DNA of 64,000 nucleotides from the human T2T-CHM13v2.0 reference genome, Homo sapiens (GCF_009914755.1 NC_060930.1); one strand, 5' to 3'; shown: positions 44,897 to 63,260, numbered from the stretch's first letter. Program-made: numbers and translations. Notes: generated by a model from the sequence alone, not told the origin.

Positions 44897-47800
44897 TTGC
44901 TATTTCCAAAATGGTGGTGTAGCTCAGAGGACCTCATCACCAGTGACACAATCAAAGTCAGTGAAAATTATTAAAACAAAGAACAACAACAAAAACCATT
45001 TGAAATATCTGAAAATTGTCTAAAGGCACGCAGCAAATGGAGAAATATTCATTCAAGGAAATCTACTAAATCTCAGTAAGAAGAGTAAGAGTCCATTGGC
45101 ATTTGAGCCATGACTTGCTCCTTCCCCACCCCCCACCTCTGCATGATGGAAGCTCTACTCTGGATGACTGTAAATTAGAACATGAAGCTTCCACTCCCCC
45201 TAGCTCCCAGTCTAAGGTTATGGTATCTCCCTGGGAAAAGCAGGCCACCCACATTTCTCATGACCCCTATCTCTGTATTGCATAAGCTGTAGGCCAGGCA
45301 AGAGCAAATGAGAGATCTGGGGCTTCCTTCCTCCACCCAGGCCCCTCTTTGTAAGGCAGAAGTTCTCTTCCAGGTGAAGCAGGCCAAGAATACCAGGTCT
45401 CGATTGCCTTTGCCTGCTCATAAAGTGATGGCTCCATGCCAGGAGAAGTAAGCTGAGAAGGCAAAAGGCTACTTCCCCCCTTCCCAGCACCTCACTCATA
45501 AAGCAGGGTGTTGCTTCCAGAGAAGCAGACCACTGTCCCCACTGCCAGTTCCAGAGCAATGGCTTAGAGATTTGTTCCACAGGACAAGGCAGGCATAACA
45601 ACAGAGAGCTTTATAGCTTTCCCCAAGGAACTGAGGGTACTTGGAACAGAGACTATGAGGAAGTTCAAGCCTGAAGGTGCTGTAGAAAACAATGGAGATT
45701 CTGGTGGTAGCCAATGAAAAGGACACTCACTAGTAGCTCCATGAGAGCAACAAGCTAAACCAGTTTAAGTTTAGCAAAGATCAGCTAGATGCTTAACAGA
45801 GAGAACCAGGGAAAAGAGATAGTTAATAAGAGCCTTTCCTGGGTTTGAAACAAAACTCAAAGAATGGCCTCAAAGACTACCCCTGCAAATAAGGTGAATT
45901 TAACTGCATCAAACTGTGAGGAAATTTATGCTCAGACACTGTTGAAAACAATAAAACCATCAGGTGTCAATTAGTGAAGGCTAATATTTACACATGATAT
46001 CAACAAAGGCAGTCAGCTTAGCAGAGATATCAGGGAAAAAAAAAACACAGAGAGAGGCAGCCCTGCTAAAACCATTGTCATCCTAAGGTGACTGTGCACA
46101 TGCCCAAGGCTATGCCCTCTGAGGAACAAAATCATAGGCTAACGCTAAGGGAAATTAGACTTCACTGAGATAGTCCATCCAAGCCACTAGACGAATAAAC
46201 AAGTATAAACAAGCCCCAGAAAAGGTGGGTGGGGATCAATATCTAGAGCTGCTATATTATCTAAAACATCCAATTTTCAATAAAGAATTATGATAAATGC
46301 AAAGAAAGCGCTACCCATACACAAGAATAAAGCAGGCAATAGAAACTGCCTATGAAAGGGCATATATGCTAGCTTAGCAGACAGACTTCAAACCAGTCAT
46401 ATACATATATTCAAAGAACCAAAGGGAGCAATGCTTAAAGAAGTAAAGGTTTGGCTCTGAGGACTTGCTGAAAATGAAAACTAATAAATAAATAAATAAA
46501 GAAGCAAAGGACACTATAATGCAATGCCTCATCAAATAGAGACTATCAATAAAGAGATATAAATTATTTTTAAAAACCAAATTGAAATTCTGAAGTTGAA
46601 AAGTGCAATAACCAAAATGAAAGATTCACTATAGGGCTCAAGAGGAGATTTGAACTGACAGAAGAATTAGTGAACCTGAAGATAGATCATTAGAGATTAC
46701 ATACTCTGAAGAGCAAAGAAAAAAAAAAGAATAAAGCAAACAAAAGGAATAGAGCCTCAGTGAAATGTGGGGCACCACTGAGGACACCAGGATACAAGTA
46801 ATGAGAGTACAAGACGGAGGGGAGAAGAGAGAGAGAAAAAGCAGAAAAAATGTTTAAAGAAATAATGCAAAAACACCCCAAATTTGATGAAAATATTAGG
46901 TTATAGATCCAAGAGTCTTAATAAATTCTAAGTAGGATCAATACAAAGAGATCCAGACCTAACTACATCATAGTTAAAATGTTGAAAGCTAAAGACAAAG
47001 AGAAAATCTTGAAAGCAGCAAGAGAAAACTAACTTGTCATGGACAATAAGATTAAAAGCTGACGTTTAATGAGACATGATGAAGGCCAGAAGCCAATGGA
47101 ATGACACACTGAAATACTGATGAAGAAAAAGCTGTCAACCAAGACTCTTGTATTCAGTAAAACTATTCTTCAAAAATTAAGGTGAAAGACATTCTTAGAT
47201 AAATAAAAATGGGAGAATTCATTGCAAACAGATCTGCCTTACAAGAAATATGAAAGGAATTTCTTCAGTTTAAGTGCAAGTGACTCTAAAGGTTAATTCA
47301 ATTCCACATGAAAAAAAAAAGGACACCAGTAAAAGTAATTATATAGGTAATTATAAAGGATAGTATAATTGCATATTTCTTTTTTAAACTGATCTAAAAA
47401 GCAATTGTATCAAATAGTATGTATATAATTTTATTGTGGAAACTATAACATATAAGTGTAATGTAGTTGTTAGTAATAGCACAAAGGAGGGGGTGGAAGC
47501 AAAGCTGTCCTGGAGTAATGAAATGACACCAGATTATAACTTGAATACATACATACACACATACAACAATAATAGCATAAAAAAGGGAAGCATGAATAGA
47601 GATATATAGGATTAACCTATCTCACTGGAATTAATTAGTATAAATATGAAGTAGATTCTGATAGAGCTGAGATGTATATTTTAAGCCCTAAGCAACCACT
47701 AGGAAAATAACTCCAAAATAAACAATAAAAAATCATTAGAGGGATTAAAATGCTACACTAGAAAATATTCACTTAATGTAAAATAAAGCATTAAAGGAGG

Positions 47801-48660
47801 AGACAGATAAAAAGGACATGATACATAGAAAAAATAAAATGGCAGAAATGAATACAACTATATAAATACTATCATTAATGCAAATAGATTAAAAATCCAA
47901 TCAAAAGTCAGAGATTGTCACATGAGATTTAAAAAAAACCAAGATTTAACTGTATGCTATAAAAGATACAGTTTACCTTCAAACATACAAATTAGTCAAA
48001 AGTAAAAGATGTATCATGAAAACAGTAACCATAAGAAAGCTAAACAGGCTATGTTATTAGACAAAGTAGACTTTAAAACAAAAAAAAATGTTACTAGAGA
48101 TGGAGAGGAACTTTTAAAACTTTTACTTTAAATTCAGGGATACATATGCAGGTTTGTCATATAGGTAAACTTGTGTCATGGGGGTTCTTCGTACAAATTA
48201 CTTCATCACCCAGGTATTAAATCTAGCACCCATTAGTTATGTTTCCTGATCAAGAGGGACATTTCATGATGATAAAAGCATCAATCAATCCATCAGAAAG
48301 ACACAGAAATTACATATAAACAACTAACAACAGAGTTCCAAGAAAGATAAAGGAAACTAACATAATCAAAGAGAGAAACAGATGATTCAACAATAATATT
48401 TGGAGATTTCAATACTCCACATTCAACAATGGGTAGAACTAGGGAAAAGATCAATAAGGAAATAGGGAACTTGAACAACACTATATGCCAACTAGACCTA
48501 ACAGACAGTGTAGAACACTGTATCCAGAAACAGAAGAATACAGATTTTTCACAAGCACACACGAAAACATTCTCTAGGATAAATCATGTCTTTGACCATA
48601 AAACAAGCCTTCATAAATATAAAAGGATCAAGATCATACAAAGTATGTTCTTCCATCACA
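44897..48660 (+). mobile_element. Ancient L1M 5' half (5'UTR, ORF1, inter-ORF spacer, EN part of ORF2)
   Basis: ORF1 remnants (gaaattctgaagttgaaaagt, aaagacaaagagaaaatcttgaaagcagcaagagaaaa) and ORF2 EN remnants (tttggagatttcaatactccac = FGDFNTP; TFSRINHV). Confidence 0.8.
48112..48251 (-). mobile_element. Short old L1PA (PA13-16-like) 3' tail nested in the L1M
   Basis: tatgcaggtttgtcatataggtaaacttgtgtcatggggg…catcacccaggtattaa. Confidence 0.75.
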
Positions 48661-51247
48661 GAATGGTGGGAGGGAGGGCCAAAGTGGATTATAGAGCAGA
48701 GAATAGGGGAGGGTTGAGAGTTGGGATATCAGGGCACAGTCAGGAGCAGGTAAAGAGGTAGAGTAGGGAACTTTGGGATTTAAAGTTCAAAGTTCAGAGG
48801 TCTAGGAGCAATTGCACATGGTGAAAAAACCAATGCAGTAACAGCAGCTCAGTCTGACGGGTAGCTGAGCCGTACAATGTGATTAAGTGCAACTCAAATG
48901 CCTGCCTTGCAGCTCCTGCCTGTGACGCAGGAGGTCACAGACTTCTCTGTAGGAGCATTTTGGACTGGTCATAGCAGAACATCCAGTGGTGTATCTTAAT
49001 GAATTTATCTCTGAGCACTCCAAAATGAAATCTGCCAGTTGACTGTCCTCAAGATTATCTAAGAAGGATGCCTGTGAAACCCAGGAGGATGATTGCGGGG
49101 GAGGTCCTTTCATACTCCCCGGGTGATGTGGAGAATGTTGCATAGACACAGGATCAGGTTTAGAAAACAACATATTTTAGGGCAGGAAAGAGGAGTAACA
49201 TGTCATGTTTCACCTAAATGTGTAACCATCTACTGACAGCTGTTTCCACTATTCCCCATCAATCAAAGATTTGGAGAGAAGTGTTAACTCTGTCAGGCCA
49301 GAAAAAGACCCCTGAGCAGGACTGGCCTTCCCAGCATGCAAATGCACTCCAAGGGAGTAATAAGCACTCACTGTCTGTATTCCTCTACCCACTGCCCTTT
49401 ATAACGTGGGCTCCCTTATCATATTTCTTTAAGATGATCAGGTTTTTCCTTTAATGGAACACCACAGAGCTCTTTTTCCCCCTGACCTTTTCATTCATGT
49501 TGAATAATAAAACTTAACATTGAGCTGTGATTTGATATTACAAGGCCTGGGATGCCAAAGTTAAGGCCTTGAGTTTGCCAGAAGTTTGTAATCCTTGGTC
49601 CAGCAAAATTTAAGGATGCAATCTGGAAGTGTTTTAAATGCCAAAAGAAATGTGACACCTCTCTGCTAGGTTTTCATTTCCTTCTCTCCTGTTCTTCTTT
49701 TCCCTTGGTATCTTTTATAGTCTCCATGGTTCCTTCCTGAGGCAGCCTCTCTAGCACATGGGCCCACCTCTTCCCAAAGAAGGTTCTACTGAACTCAGTA
49801 CGGCTGCATTTGCTGCGTGTCTTGTGCTTCCTCCTCTCTGACTCTTTGACCTTTCTTTCCATGATGCCTCTGCCTGCAGGCCCACACTCAGCCTTCTCAC
49901 TGCCTTCTTGTCTGGCCACGAGATTGACCATTCCCTGTGCCCTGGGCCAGCTACCTACATGGATCTTCTCTACTGTTTCTGGGCAAGGACACTGGTCACA
50001 GGGCCAGCGCTCGACACTCTACGTCTTGGATTTTATTTAACTGTGGTCTTTTTATAGGTCCTCCATTCATGAGGCCACACCTCTTCAGCAAATGTGTACC
50101 CATGATGGCTGCAGGCTGTCTACCTAAAGGGTCTCAGTGTCCTGATCCTCAATGTCATCATGAGCTGGGGAGAGAGTGTTAAAATCATCTGCCAGCACAT
50201 CTGAGGACTGGCTCAAGGTAGAAAAGGTCTAGGTAACTCCTATTTTTGTAATCTTCCCAGTGGAACTACCTTAGCTCTAGGAGAAGGGAGTTCTTTTTAC
50301 ATATGTACCTTGGTCTTGACAGAGCTGCTTGCTGAGCATCTAGATAGAGATGATATAGCATGACCTTCTGAAGAATGAATAAACATCAAGGAAACCATCT
50401 GGAATAGAGTAAATTGTAAATACATGTCCCTTACTTCTTCCATTTTTAAATGAAGCCATTGATGTTGCTGATTCACCAAAGTATTCCAACTGCAGCCTGA
50501 AGTACCCGTGGCACTTAGAATCTATGTCTAAGAGCACCACGTCCTCATGCAAGAAGCAGCCTAAATCCTTCCCAGGAGCCACCCTTCCACTCCTTTACTA
50601 ACTTGCACCTTTCCCTTCACAAGCAAACTCCTGGAAGAGCTGTCAGCGTTCCTTGGCTCCATTTCCTCAACTACTCTTCACCTTTCATGCCCTACAGTCT
50701 GGTTTCTATCCTCAGCACCTCACTGAAACTGCTCTTCCAAGCTCACCTACCACCACCTTATCTTCTTTGATACTAACAACCAAGCCCAATTCCCTTCTCT
50801 GTGTCTGTTCCTCTTCAGTTTTCATGCCAGGCTTCTCTTCTCCTTAAATGCTAGCTCTTTTTTCTTTTCTTCTCCTCCAGCCAGACACTTCCATGTCTCG
50901 GGGTGAAAAAATCATTCAAAAATTAGTACCCTTAAAATGGCAAATAATGAATGACTCCAAAAGATAAATTGTTGAGACTTTTGCCTTTTGTATTATCAGG
51001 GAACTAAGCATAGCCACATGCTCTAAACAAAATCTGTGGTCAGTGCCAACTGCAATAGGAAATCAAGCAGATTTGTGGGGCTTTTGCAGAATGAAAAGTC
51101 AAAACCAAAACCAAAACCAACAATAACACCACCTCCTCCTCTCTCCCCCTTCCCACGAATATAAAAACATATTCCAATGTGATACTCTAGTTTTGTTTTG
51201 TTTTTCTAAAGGAGCTGCCTGACTTTCTTGACCTTGCAGAAAAATAA

Positions 51248-51840
<593 letters not shown>

Positions 51841-52807
51841 TAGGTAAAAAAAAAATAAGGTTTTGCTAACTTTTCTGAACATGTGCGACAAAACCTTTTA
51901 AGAGCTCTGAGGTTTACACTTTTTCCCTACAGGTTTTCCAATTTAATGGATGATCTAGGAAGACTTACTTCCATGTTTATCCAGTGGCTTTGAGTCCTCT
52001 AAATCCCCTGCTGCTAACCTGAGGATATCAAATTTAGGAAGCGGGGCCCAATGTCATTAGAAAGAGACTAAATGTTGTATAATATTTAATACTGCTCTGT
52101 CTGCTTCTCCTGACAGAGCAGTATGCAGTAGATTTTTAGAATGATATTTCTCAAACTTGGTTAGAATGAAAAAGAAAGCAATATGCTTTGGGGTTTTGGA
52201 GGCAGGGGGCTGTTTTTTGTTTTTGCAAGTTTTATTTATCTGAAAAACTTCATTTCCTACCACAACAGGATAAATGATTCTACTTGATATACAGGTCAAA
52301 AATGAAATAGAGAGCAGGCTTAGAACACTAGATATATTTGTCTCTAACTTGACTTCTAGCTTTATTTTCCCCTCTTTTGAGGAGCTTCATTGATTAATTT
52401 GGTAACATGAGTATGGTAGAAAACTCAGGACACATCTTTTTCAATGAATAATTTTCTCTGTAAAAATTCATTTGAGTTTTGATCTGGGACCATGATTCTG
52501 ACCATGACAATACCACCTACTTCTGTTCTTTATTTGGTCTCTGGAAAATCCGATCCCCGAAAATAAAATAGATGTGTACTTCCTCAGAGGCTTCCTGTTA
52601 TTTCCATGTGACTGTGTAGAAAAATTAATATCTGAAAATAGGTAACAACTGGGGAGAGGATCTCTGACAGGGAAATGTTTAAAGGGACAGTTATTTTTAA
52701 GAGTTTGAAACATTTAAAATCTTTGGTTATCTGTAAGTCATGATATATGACTAACTGCTAAATAGGGAAAACAATTCATGAAGATACCTATTTGAGGTCT
52801 CTTCATC

Positions 52808-54073
52808 AAACAGCTAATCTTCATCCACAGGGCTATTTGAAATATCAAGTAGAGTCCCCACTCACATTATTTTCCTAGGTCCCTGACAATATTTGTTAGG
52901 ATTGTCTTCAGTCGTAGGTAGCCTCTATTCAGGGGTTAACATATTTATTCTCAAATCAAATTTTCTTCTTAGTTGAGAGGTCTGTTTAATTGCAGGTATG
53001 CAGTAACTAAGGTAACTGGCACATAGTAAGTGTTCAATAAATCTTCCTTCTTTACTTGCATGAACGAAGGACATCTTATAAACCTTGTATTTCACATCAG
53101 AATGCCAGACTCAAATATTTCCATGGGGGTAATAAGTGATCACAAAAAAACATAATAAATGGGCTAGACTGCCAGCTTCTCCTGTGAAGGAGCTGTGGTC
53201 TGAAGCTTCTCCTCCACCTCTTTCAGAGGAACTCTGGGTATGTGGCAGGCTACATAAATACTCAGTGAGAACTGTGTGTGGTAACGCTGTGATTTGTGAA
53301 TTGTGACATAACATGCTTATCTCTGGATAAGTGGCAAGCCTCATACGATGGTTCCAACTCTAATTTGCAGTTGAACTGCCTTGCAGTGGGCCTACTGCCT
53401 GTGGCATAATCACCAGGGTGGTCGTCCAGACATATTGATTACTCATTTATTCCTGTATGGATTTAGGACGATTGCTATGACTTCAGATTATTACAAAAAC
53501 AATTATATGATGGTCCTGTTGCTGAAGGTGAGCATAATGTTCTTTCTCTTGCATTTCTCAATGCTAGAATTCCTTTACTTAAACTAATTTTGCAATGAGT
53601 TAAGAAACAAATGTTGGAAGGAGCTTCATTTGGGAATTTGGAAGCCCTGAGTCAAAGTCTTGGCTCCTTTATATGAATTGTGTGACCTTGGGCAAGTCAC
53701 TCAACCTTTCTAAGCCTGGTTCCTTCCTGCCCACAAAATGGGGAGTGGGTGGAGATGGAAATAATTACCCTCCCTGCCTCATATGGGTGTTCTGGGGAGG
53801 AAGTGACACAATGAACACAGATGTATTAAATCGACTGTTAAATGCTGAACATATGTCAAAGTTGTTTCTTGTTGACCTGCCATTTTAAAACACACGCAAA
53901 CATACAAGCACCAAACATAACAACAGAAAAGAACCAGTGATGGAAAGTTTGCAAGTATGCTTATTTTAAACAGCTTATCTTCATCAACAGGGCTATTTGA
54001 AATAACAAGTAGAGTCCCCATTCACATTATTTTCCTAGGTCCCTGACAATATTTGTTAGGATTGTCTTCAGTC
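52808..54073 (+). repeat. Dispersed direct repeat, 106 bp (52808-52913 and 53968-54073)
   Basis: Ungapped alignment with 4 mismatches, offset 1160 bp. Confidence 0.95.
53640..53800 (+). mobile_element. MIR
   Basis: tgtgtgaccttgggcaagtcactcaacctttctaagcct core. Confidence 0.75.
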
Positions 54074-54389
54074 ATACAGAATCTGAAATCAGGATTCTAA
54101 CCTGACATTTCAATTTCTACCTTCTCATTCTTCTTTGCCTGTCCCCTTTTCTGCATACCTGCAGAAAAGTGTGGGCTGTTGCTCCTGACTCAGTCCCAGG
54201 CTTCATGTGATTTTATATTCTGAGCTCAGTTCAGCTTGAACAGCCTTCCCATGACTGTGGAGGTAGCTCTCATTCTCTAAGCAGCGAGAGGCGCCTTCAT
54301 GAGCAGCTGGAGAGTTTTACACTTCTTTTGAGGTAGGCTTTCCTTTTGTAGCCACAGCTCAGCTTCAGCACAGCTGTTAGAAAAGTCAC

Positions 54390-54769
54390 ACCATGGAATA
54401 CTATGCAGCCATAAAAAGGAACAAGATCATGTCCTTTGCAGGGACATGGATGGAGCTGGAAGCCATTATTCTTAGCAAACTAACACAGGAACAGAAAACC
54501 AAACACTGCATGTTCTCACTTATAAGTGGGAGCTGAACAAAAAGAACACATGGACACAGGGAGAGGAACAACACATACTCGGGCCTGTGGTGGGGGTGGG
54601 GAAGGAAGAGCATCAGTATAAATAGCTAATGCATGCGGGGCTTAACATCTAGGTGATGGGTTGATAGGTGCAGCAAACTACCATGGCACATGTTTACTTA
54701 TGTAACAAACCTGCACATCCTGCACATGTATCCCAGAACTTAAAATTAAATTAAATTAAAAAAAAAAAA
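54390..54769 (+). mobile_element. Short 5'-truncated old L1PA 3' end
   Basis: ORF2 C-terminus (MEYYAAIK) plus 3'UTR and A tail; TSD agaaaagtcac on both sides. Confidence 0.92.
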
Positions 54770-55639
54770 AGAAAAGTCACTTCAAGTACCAGGGCACCAT
54801 GGAGATTCCTGCTGTGATCTTAACAGTTGCTCCCATCCTCCACTTAACTAGCTGTGGTTTCCCTGTGACTGGAGATGGTCTAAAACAAGCAGAGGGCAAA
54901 TGTGCTCCTGAAGAATGGAATCCCACAAAGTTCATAAAACTAACAGACAATCAAGCATGCTTTGCTTGTGGCTTATGGTATTTTGATGTGAGAGCATACA
55001 GAAACAACAGAAGCGAAGAAACTCAAGCTTCTAACTCCAGCCAATGATGGCCTGCACCATCAGAAGGAGCTGGGCTCTGGGTGGACTCTAAGAAGAAATG
55101 AAGCTAGAAGTAGCCTGAGGAACCCAGTGTGAGGGTCTTATTTTATCTCTCTTCCTGATCTACTAGTTAGTTCTATGAAAACCACTTAACCATACCAGCT
55201 CCAAACCACTCTTTAAATAAACAAGAACTCATGGAAAAGAGGTGTGGGATTCTTCTTTTCCCAGTCCCTCACCTTTCTGAGGATGAATAAGGTATTTCAT
55301 GTGGGATTCTCCACTTTTCAGTCTAACATAAATAATTTATTCACCCAGAATACTGTTTGTAATCTTTGAACATCTGTATGTTGCTTTTATAACTGCACTG
55401 TGAGCTTATCATATTTTATGCTTCTTGAGGGAAGGATCACATATAATTTAAGATTTATAGCTTCAATAACATCAGCATTTATTCAATCATTTACCAACTT
55501 CTTCATATAAACATTTACTGGATTTACAAATCTTGACTGAAAATCTACTTTGTAGCGAGGCATTTGGGAAGGCTCTGGGAGGGATACAGAAATGATGAAG
55601 TCAGTCCCCTCAGTTAAAGAGTTTAAAATACACTGGGCC

Positions 55640-56100
55640 CATAAACATATGAAAAGGTGCTCAACCTCACTCATAATATGAGAAAAGCAAATTAGAGCTG
55701 CATGAAGATTTCACCTAATAGAGCAGAAAAACTGCCAAAGTGAGAACCCCCTGTGTTGACAAGGCTACAGGGAATCAGGCAATCCCAGGTATTGTCGGTG
55801 GGTATGTAAATTAGTACAGAAAAATCCCCAAACAGGGCAATTTGGAAATCTCTGTAAAACTTATAAATGCATGCGGATTTTGATGTAGTGAGCCTATGTG
55901 TGGAAATTTATTTTGTAGACATACATGCACATACAAACTGATATAAGGGCAAGTTATGTGTTGCAGCATCACCTATAACAGCAAAAGATTGTTAAAAAAG
56001 AGATAAGGGGTTTATCTAGTGATAAACGATAAGGGGCTGGTTCTCTGCATAATGGAATACTATGCAACTGAGAAGAACAATTTGGAAAAATGTTGAAGAT
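55640..56100 (+). mobile_element. L1ME-type 3' fragment (resumes ~59616-59930)
   Basis: catatgaaaaggtgctcaacctcactcataat…aatggaatactatgca; continuation taagtgagaaaaccaagg…gtatagcatgcta. Confidence 0.65.
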
Positions 56101-56102
56101 CT

Positions 56103-59614
<3,512 letters not shown>

Positions 59615-60548
59615 TAAACCATAATCTATATTTAAGTGAGAAAACCAAGGTCCAGAGAAGCACGTATAGCATGCTATCTTTTTTTAAAAAATGAAGAAAG
59701 ATAAGAGCATACATTAATATTTTCTTGAGGTTGTATAAAGAAGCTCCAGAAGTATACACAAGGAAATAATGAATGTGTTCAGGAATGATGGGAGGTGTGT
59801 AGAGTGTCAGGTGGTAATGGAACAGATAGGAACTGAAGTGGGAACAAAACCCTTTACTGTTTATCTCTTTATATTGTTCTGGTCTAAGAGGCATGTGGAT
59901 GTATTACCTCTTCAACATATAAAATAAATATGTTTTAAAGATTTTATAGGAAAGATATACATGTCCCAATAATATGTACTATACACATCTCTGCCTTATT
60001 TTCTAATTAAATTTAAAACTCCTTCAGGGATGAATTACATAAGAGCCTTTTAAACGAATCTCTCCATTTCTCCCTCTCCAATTTCTCTTATAAATCCTTG
60101 CCAGACTAATCTTCCCAAATACCTTGTTAGACAGATTGCCAGAAATGATTCCTTATGGTCTCTGCACCAAATTCAAACATCTCTGACTTCTAGGGCTCCC
60201 CACAAACTCACCCCACCCAACCAATGCAATTTAATGTCCACAATTGAGATCTCCAACAAGCATCATTTGCTTCTATCAGGGTGGGTTCATCATTGTTCTT
60301 GAACGTTTCCATCCCTGTGCCTTTGCTTGAGCTATTTCCCATCTGTGGGGATGACTTACACTTTCCCCTCTGACTATTCTGAAGTTCACTGTCTTCCAAG
60401 GCCGCTCCCTTCCCTAAAGTCTGCATTTTGAGCCCATTCTGATCTATCCCTTATGTGACCTCCATGATACTGTCAGTACTCTGTGCTTAACTCAGATTCT
60501 GCAATAAAACCGTTAGTTCCTTAGAGATAAAGACAACGGGACCTTTAG

Positions 60549-60549
<1 letters not shown>

Positions 60550-60583
<34 letters not shown>
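60550..60583. repeat. (CA)n microsatellite
   Basis: Uninterrupted CA run. Confidence 0.95.
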
Positions 60584-60586
<3 letters not shown>

Positions 60587-62419
60587 CACTGGGACCCGTG
60601 GGAGGCAGCAATATCAACCACAGATAACTCCAGCTTTCTGGGTCTTACTAAGAAGATGCTTTCCAGGTCACAGCTATAAGGAATGGCTAGACCCCAAGTC
60701 ATTCACCATTTCATCTTTCCTAATGGAGTTTTAGGGACACTGAGCCAAATTCTCAGATTCCTGTTAACCATTTTGTATAACAGGCACCTTACTTTAGATC
60801 AAACTGAAATTCAAACTTCACTGATTCTACCTGGTGAATTGCAGGGAGGTCTCATGTAAATTCTTGCTATTACTACCACTATCACCACCAGATGATGGAA
60901 GAGCTGTGAGGACACTTGAGTTCTCCAAGAGAAAAGAGGGCAATATCTGTTCCCAGTCCCTTTAGGCCCTTGTCTGAGCCCTCTGGAGCAAGAGAATGAG
61001 GCTGAACCTGAAGTGGGTTCTACAAGAGGCTGAGGATGGAAGTGTCTGGGTAGTGACAAGAGCCAGAGAAATTTGCATTATTTCTTTTCATATAACCTCA
61101 TTCACCCTCCCAAATACATGACACCTTGAGAAATTTAGCTTATATCTGATATTCATTTACTAGTTCCTCATGCAGTATTGGGCTCGTGATGTTACTGATA
61201 ATGAATACATAATTTGATGTTAGCAATGGCCAGGAGGTTACATTTGGAGAGCTGCCTCCCTCCCATCCATTGGTAAGGGCTGTTTGGAGTCTCACTGAGA
61301 AACATTTTGAAGCCCAGTCCAGCCCACTGGGAGAGAGTACCATAAGCCATTGCAGATGTCTGCCAAGGGCTCCGGGTACGAGGACACATGTTCTATGGAT
61401 TGGATGTGTCATCCTTGCTCCTATGCAGACAAGGAAACTGGGCCCTAGAGAAGGGGAGGGGCTTGTTCCCAGGTCTTATGACCAACCTAGAACCAGAGCC
61501 CAGGCTTCTTCTCTCCCGATCCAGGCTTCCCTTTCCTGTCAGGTTGTTTTGCTTTTTAGATCAATGGAAAAGTAAGGATCATCAAAATAACAAATAATCC
61601 AAAACTTTCATTTCAGTAAAGAGTTTTTATCTTTCATTCCTTCCCTTCTCTCTGCCAAAGAAGCTGTTTTAAAAGAAAATATTCAGCCGATTTGAGAGAT
61701 TTTCCTCCTTTCTCTCTTGCTCCCTGCTGATCTTTTGGGGAAAGGGAACAGAATAGACAAAATATAGGCAGTCTGAAGGAAAAATAAGTAGGGCACTATT
61801 TGTTATTGCATAAGCTGTGTAAATAATCCAGAATCAATGGTGCCTGTAAACTTGCTTGGATGCACCAAGATTCTTTCCTCTCCACAACTGTGATTTTCCT
61901 GAAGTCCCTTCCTCCATCTCTTGCTTGTGAAACCCTCACCCAGCTCCACATTTGATTTCTGCATCTGGGATTATGGGGAAACAGTAACTTTTAAAAAGAT
62001 TTCCCACCTGACACATCATATTATGAGTCCTCACACTGGGGTGTACCTTTGTCTGACATGCCAAGTTTTCTCTGTTAGCATTTTAAAAGGCTGTCCCTCG
62101 CTCATGAAAACAACTTGAAATCCATTGATTTAGAGCAGGTTTTAAACCAGTGCATTTCAAGCATCTGAAAGAGATCTAAAGTTTGACCCTAACAGTAAAG
62201 GTCCAGGCACTTGAATGTTTTGCTGCTCTTCCAGGCCTTTATCCGAGATTCAAAGGAGAACCTCAAGGACTGTTACTATAATATCCAGGATATCAGCCCT
62301 AAGAGAAAAGGGAAATGGAAGAAAGCCTACCAGCATTTCAGGATCAGTAAATGAAATGAGACAGGTTCTGGTGAAAGACCAGGTATCTAAAAGTGACATT
62401 TCTCAGTAACTAGCTGTTC

Positions 62420-63260
62420 TATTCATTCCAAAAACATCTATTGAATTCTGGCCGAGGGTCAGGAACCAGGGATAACAAAAATCAATCAGCCATATTCCAT
62501 GCTCTTCAATTCATAAAGAGTGGGAGAGGCTATATACACATGTAAACAGGTGACTTCAGTGCAGTGTGACAAATGATAATGAAGATGAAGACAAAGCAGT
62601 GCTGTGAGAACACTTCCAAAAGTGACTTAAAGGAACTTACTGCTGCCATCATTCACTCTGCATTCGCTACATACCACCCTCCATGTGCACATGGCCGTTT
62701 CCATCTCATCTCCCTATCATGTTGTAGGGGCCATGTGGTCAACTTACTTGTTGTCTTTACAGGGCCTGCTCCATGGCAGATGCTTAATTAACAAATTAGA
62801 CCCACAAATATTTATTGAGTAGCTTGTACCTGGTGTGAGACACAAAGTAGAGAGGAGGCTAATAATGATGAATAAATTCATTTCCACATTCAAGGAGATT
62901 ACAGTTCAGTGACCATGAAGATGTAATATGATAAGGTGTCATAAAAGCGACACAAGCAAAAGTGCTAGGAATGCAGGGCCAGGAAGGGTCAATTCTGTTA
63001 GGACTGATAAGGAAGCCACAAGGGAGAGGAAAGAGCATGGAGTCCTATGGAGCAGGACCACAGGCAAGAAATGGCGGGAGATGGAGTAAAAGAAGAAGCT
63101 GGAAATGTAGACAGGCCAATGCCCCTTAAAGACTTTGAACTTTATTTTTGAGATAAGAAAAAGTCTATTGTTGATTGATGAAAATGATTACTTTCAAGAG
63201 TCCCAGATACGTGCAATATTACTGTAGTTAAGCAATTACTGAGAGCCACCTGGACTATAA
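62420..63260 (-). mobile_element. L2 fragments
   Basis: attcattccaaaaacatctattgaa, caaatatttattgagtagc, gactttgaactttatt. Confidence 0.55.

Noticed and set aside
48883-49173. Minus-strand ORF with acceptor-like gtttcacag (ASFLDNLEDSQLADF…) as a possible KIF6 exon
   Set aside because: The peptide is not in KIF6 as I recall it, the polypyrimidine tract is weak, and no good GT donor was found.
54280-54296. CTCF-like motif gcagcgagaggcgcc, and NF-kB-like GGACTTTCC at ~762 and ~20771
   Set aside because: Imperfect short motifs; binding cannot be inferred from sequence alone.
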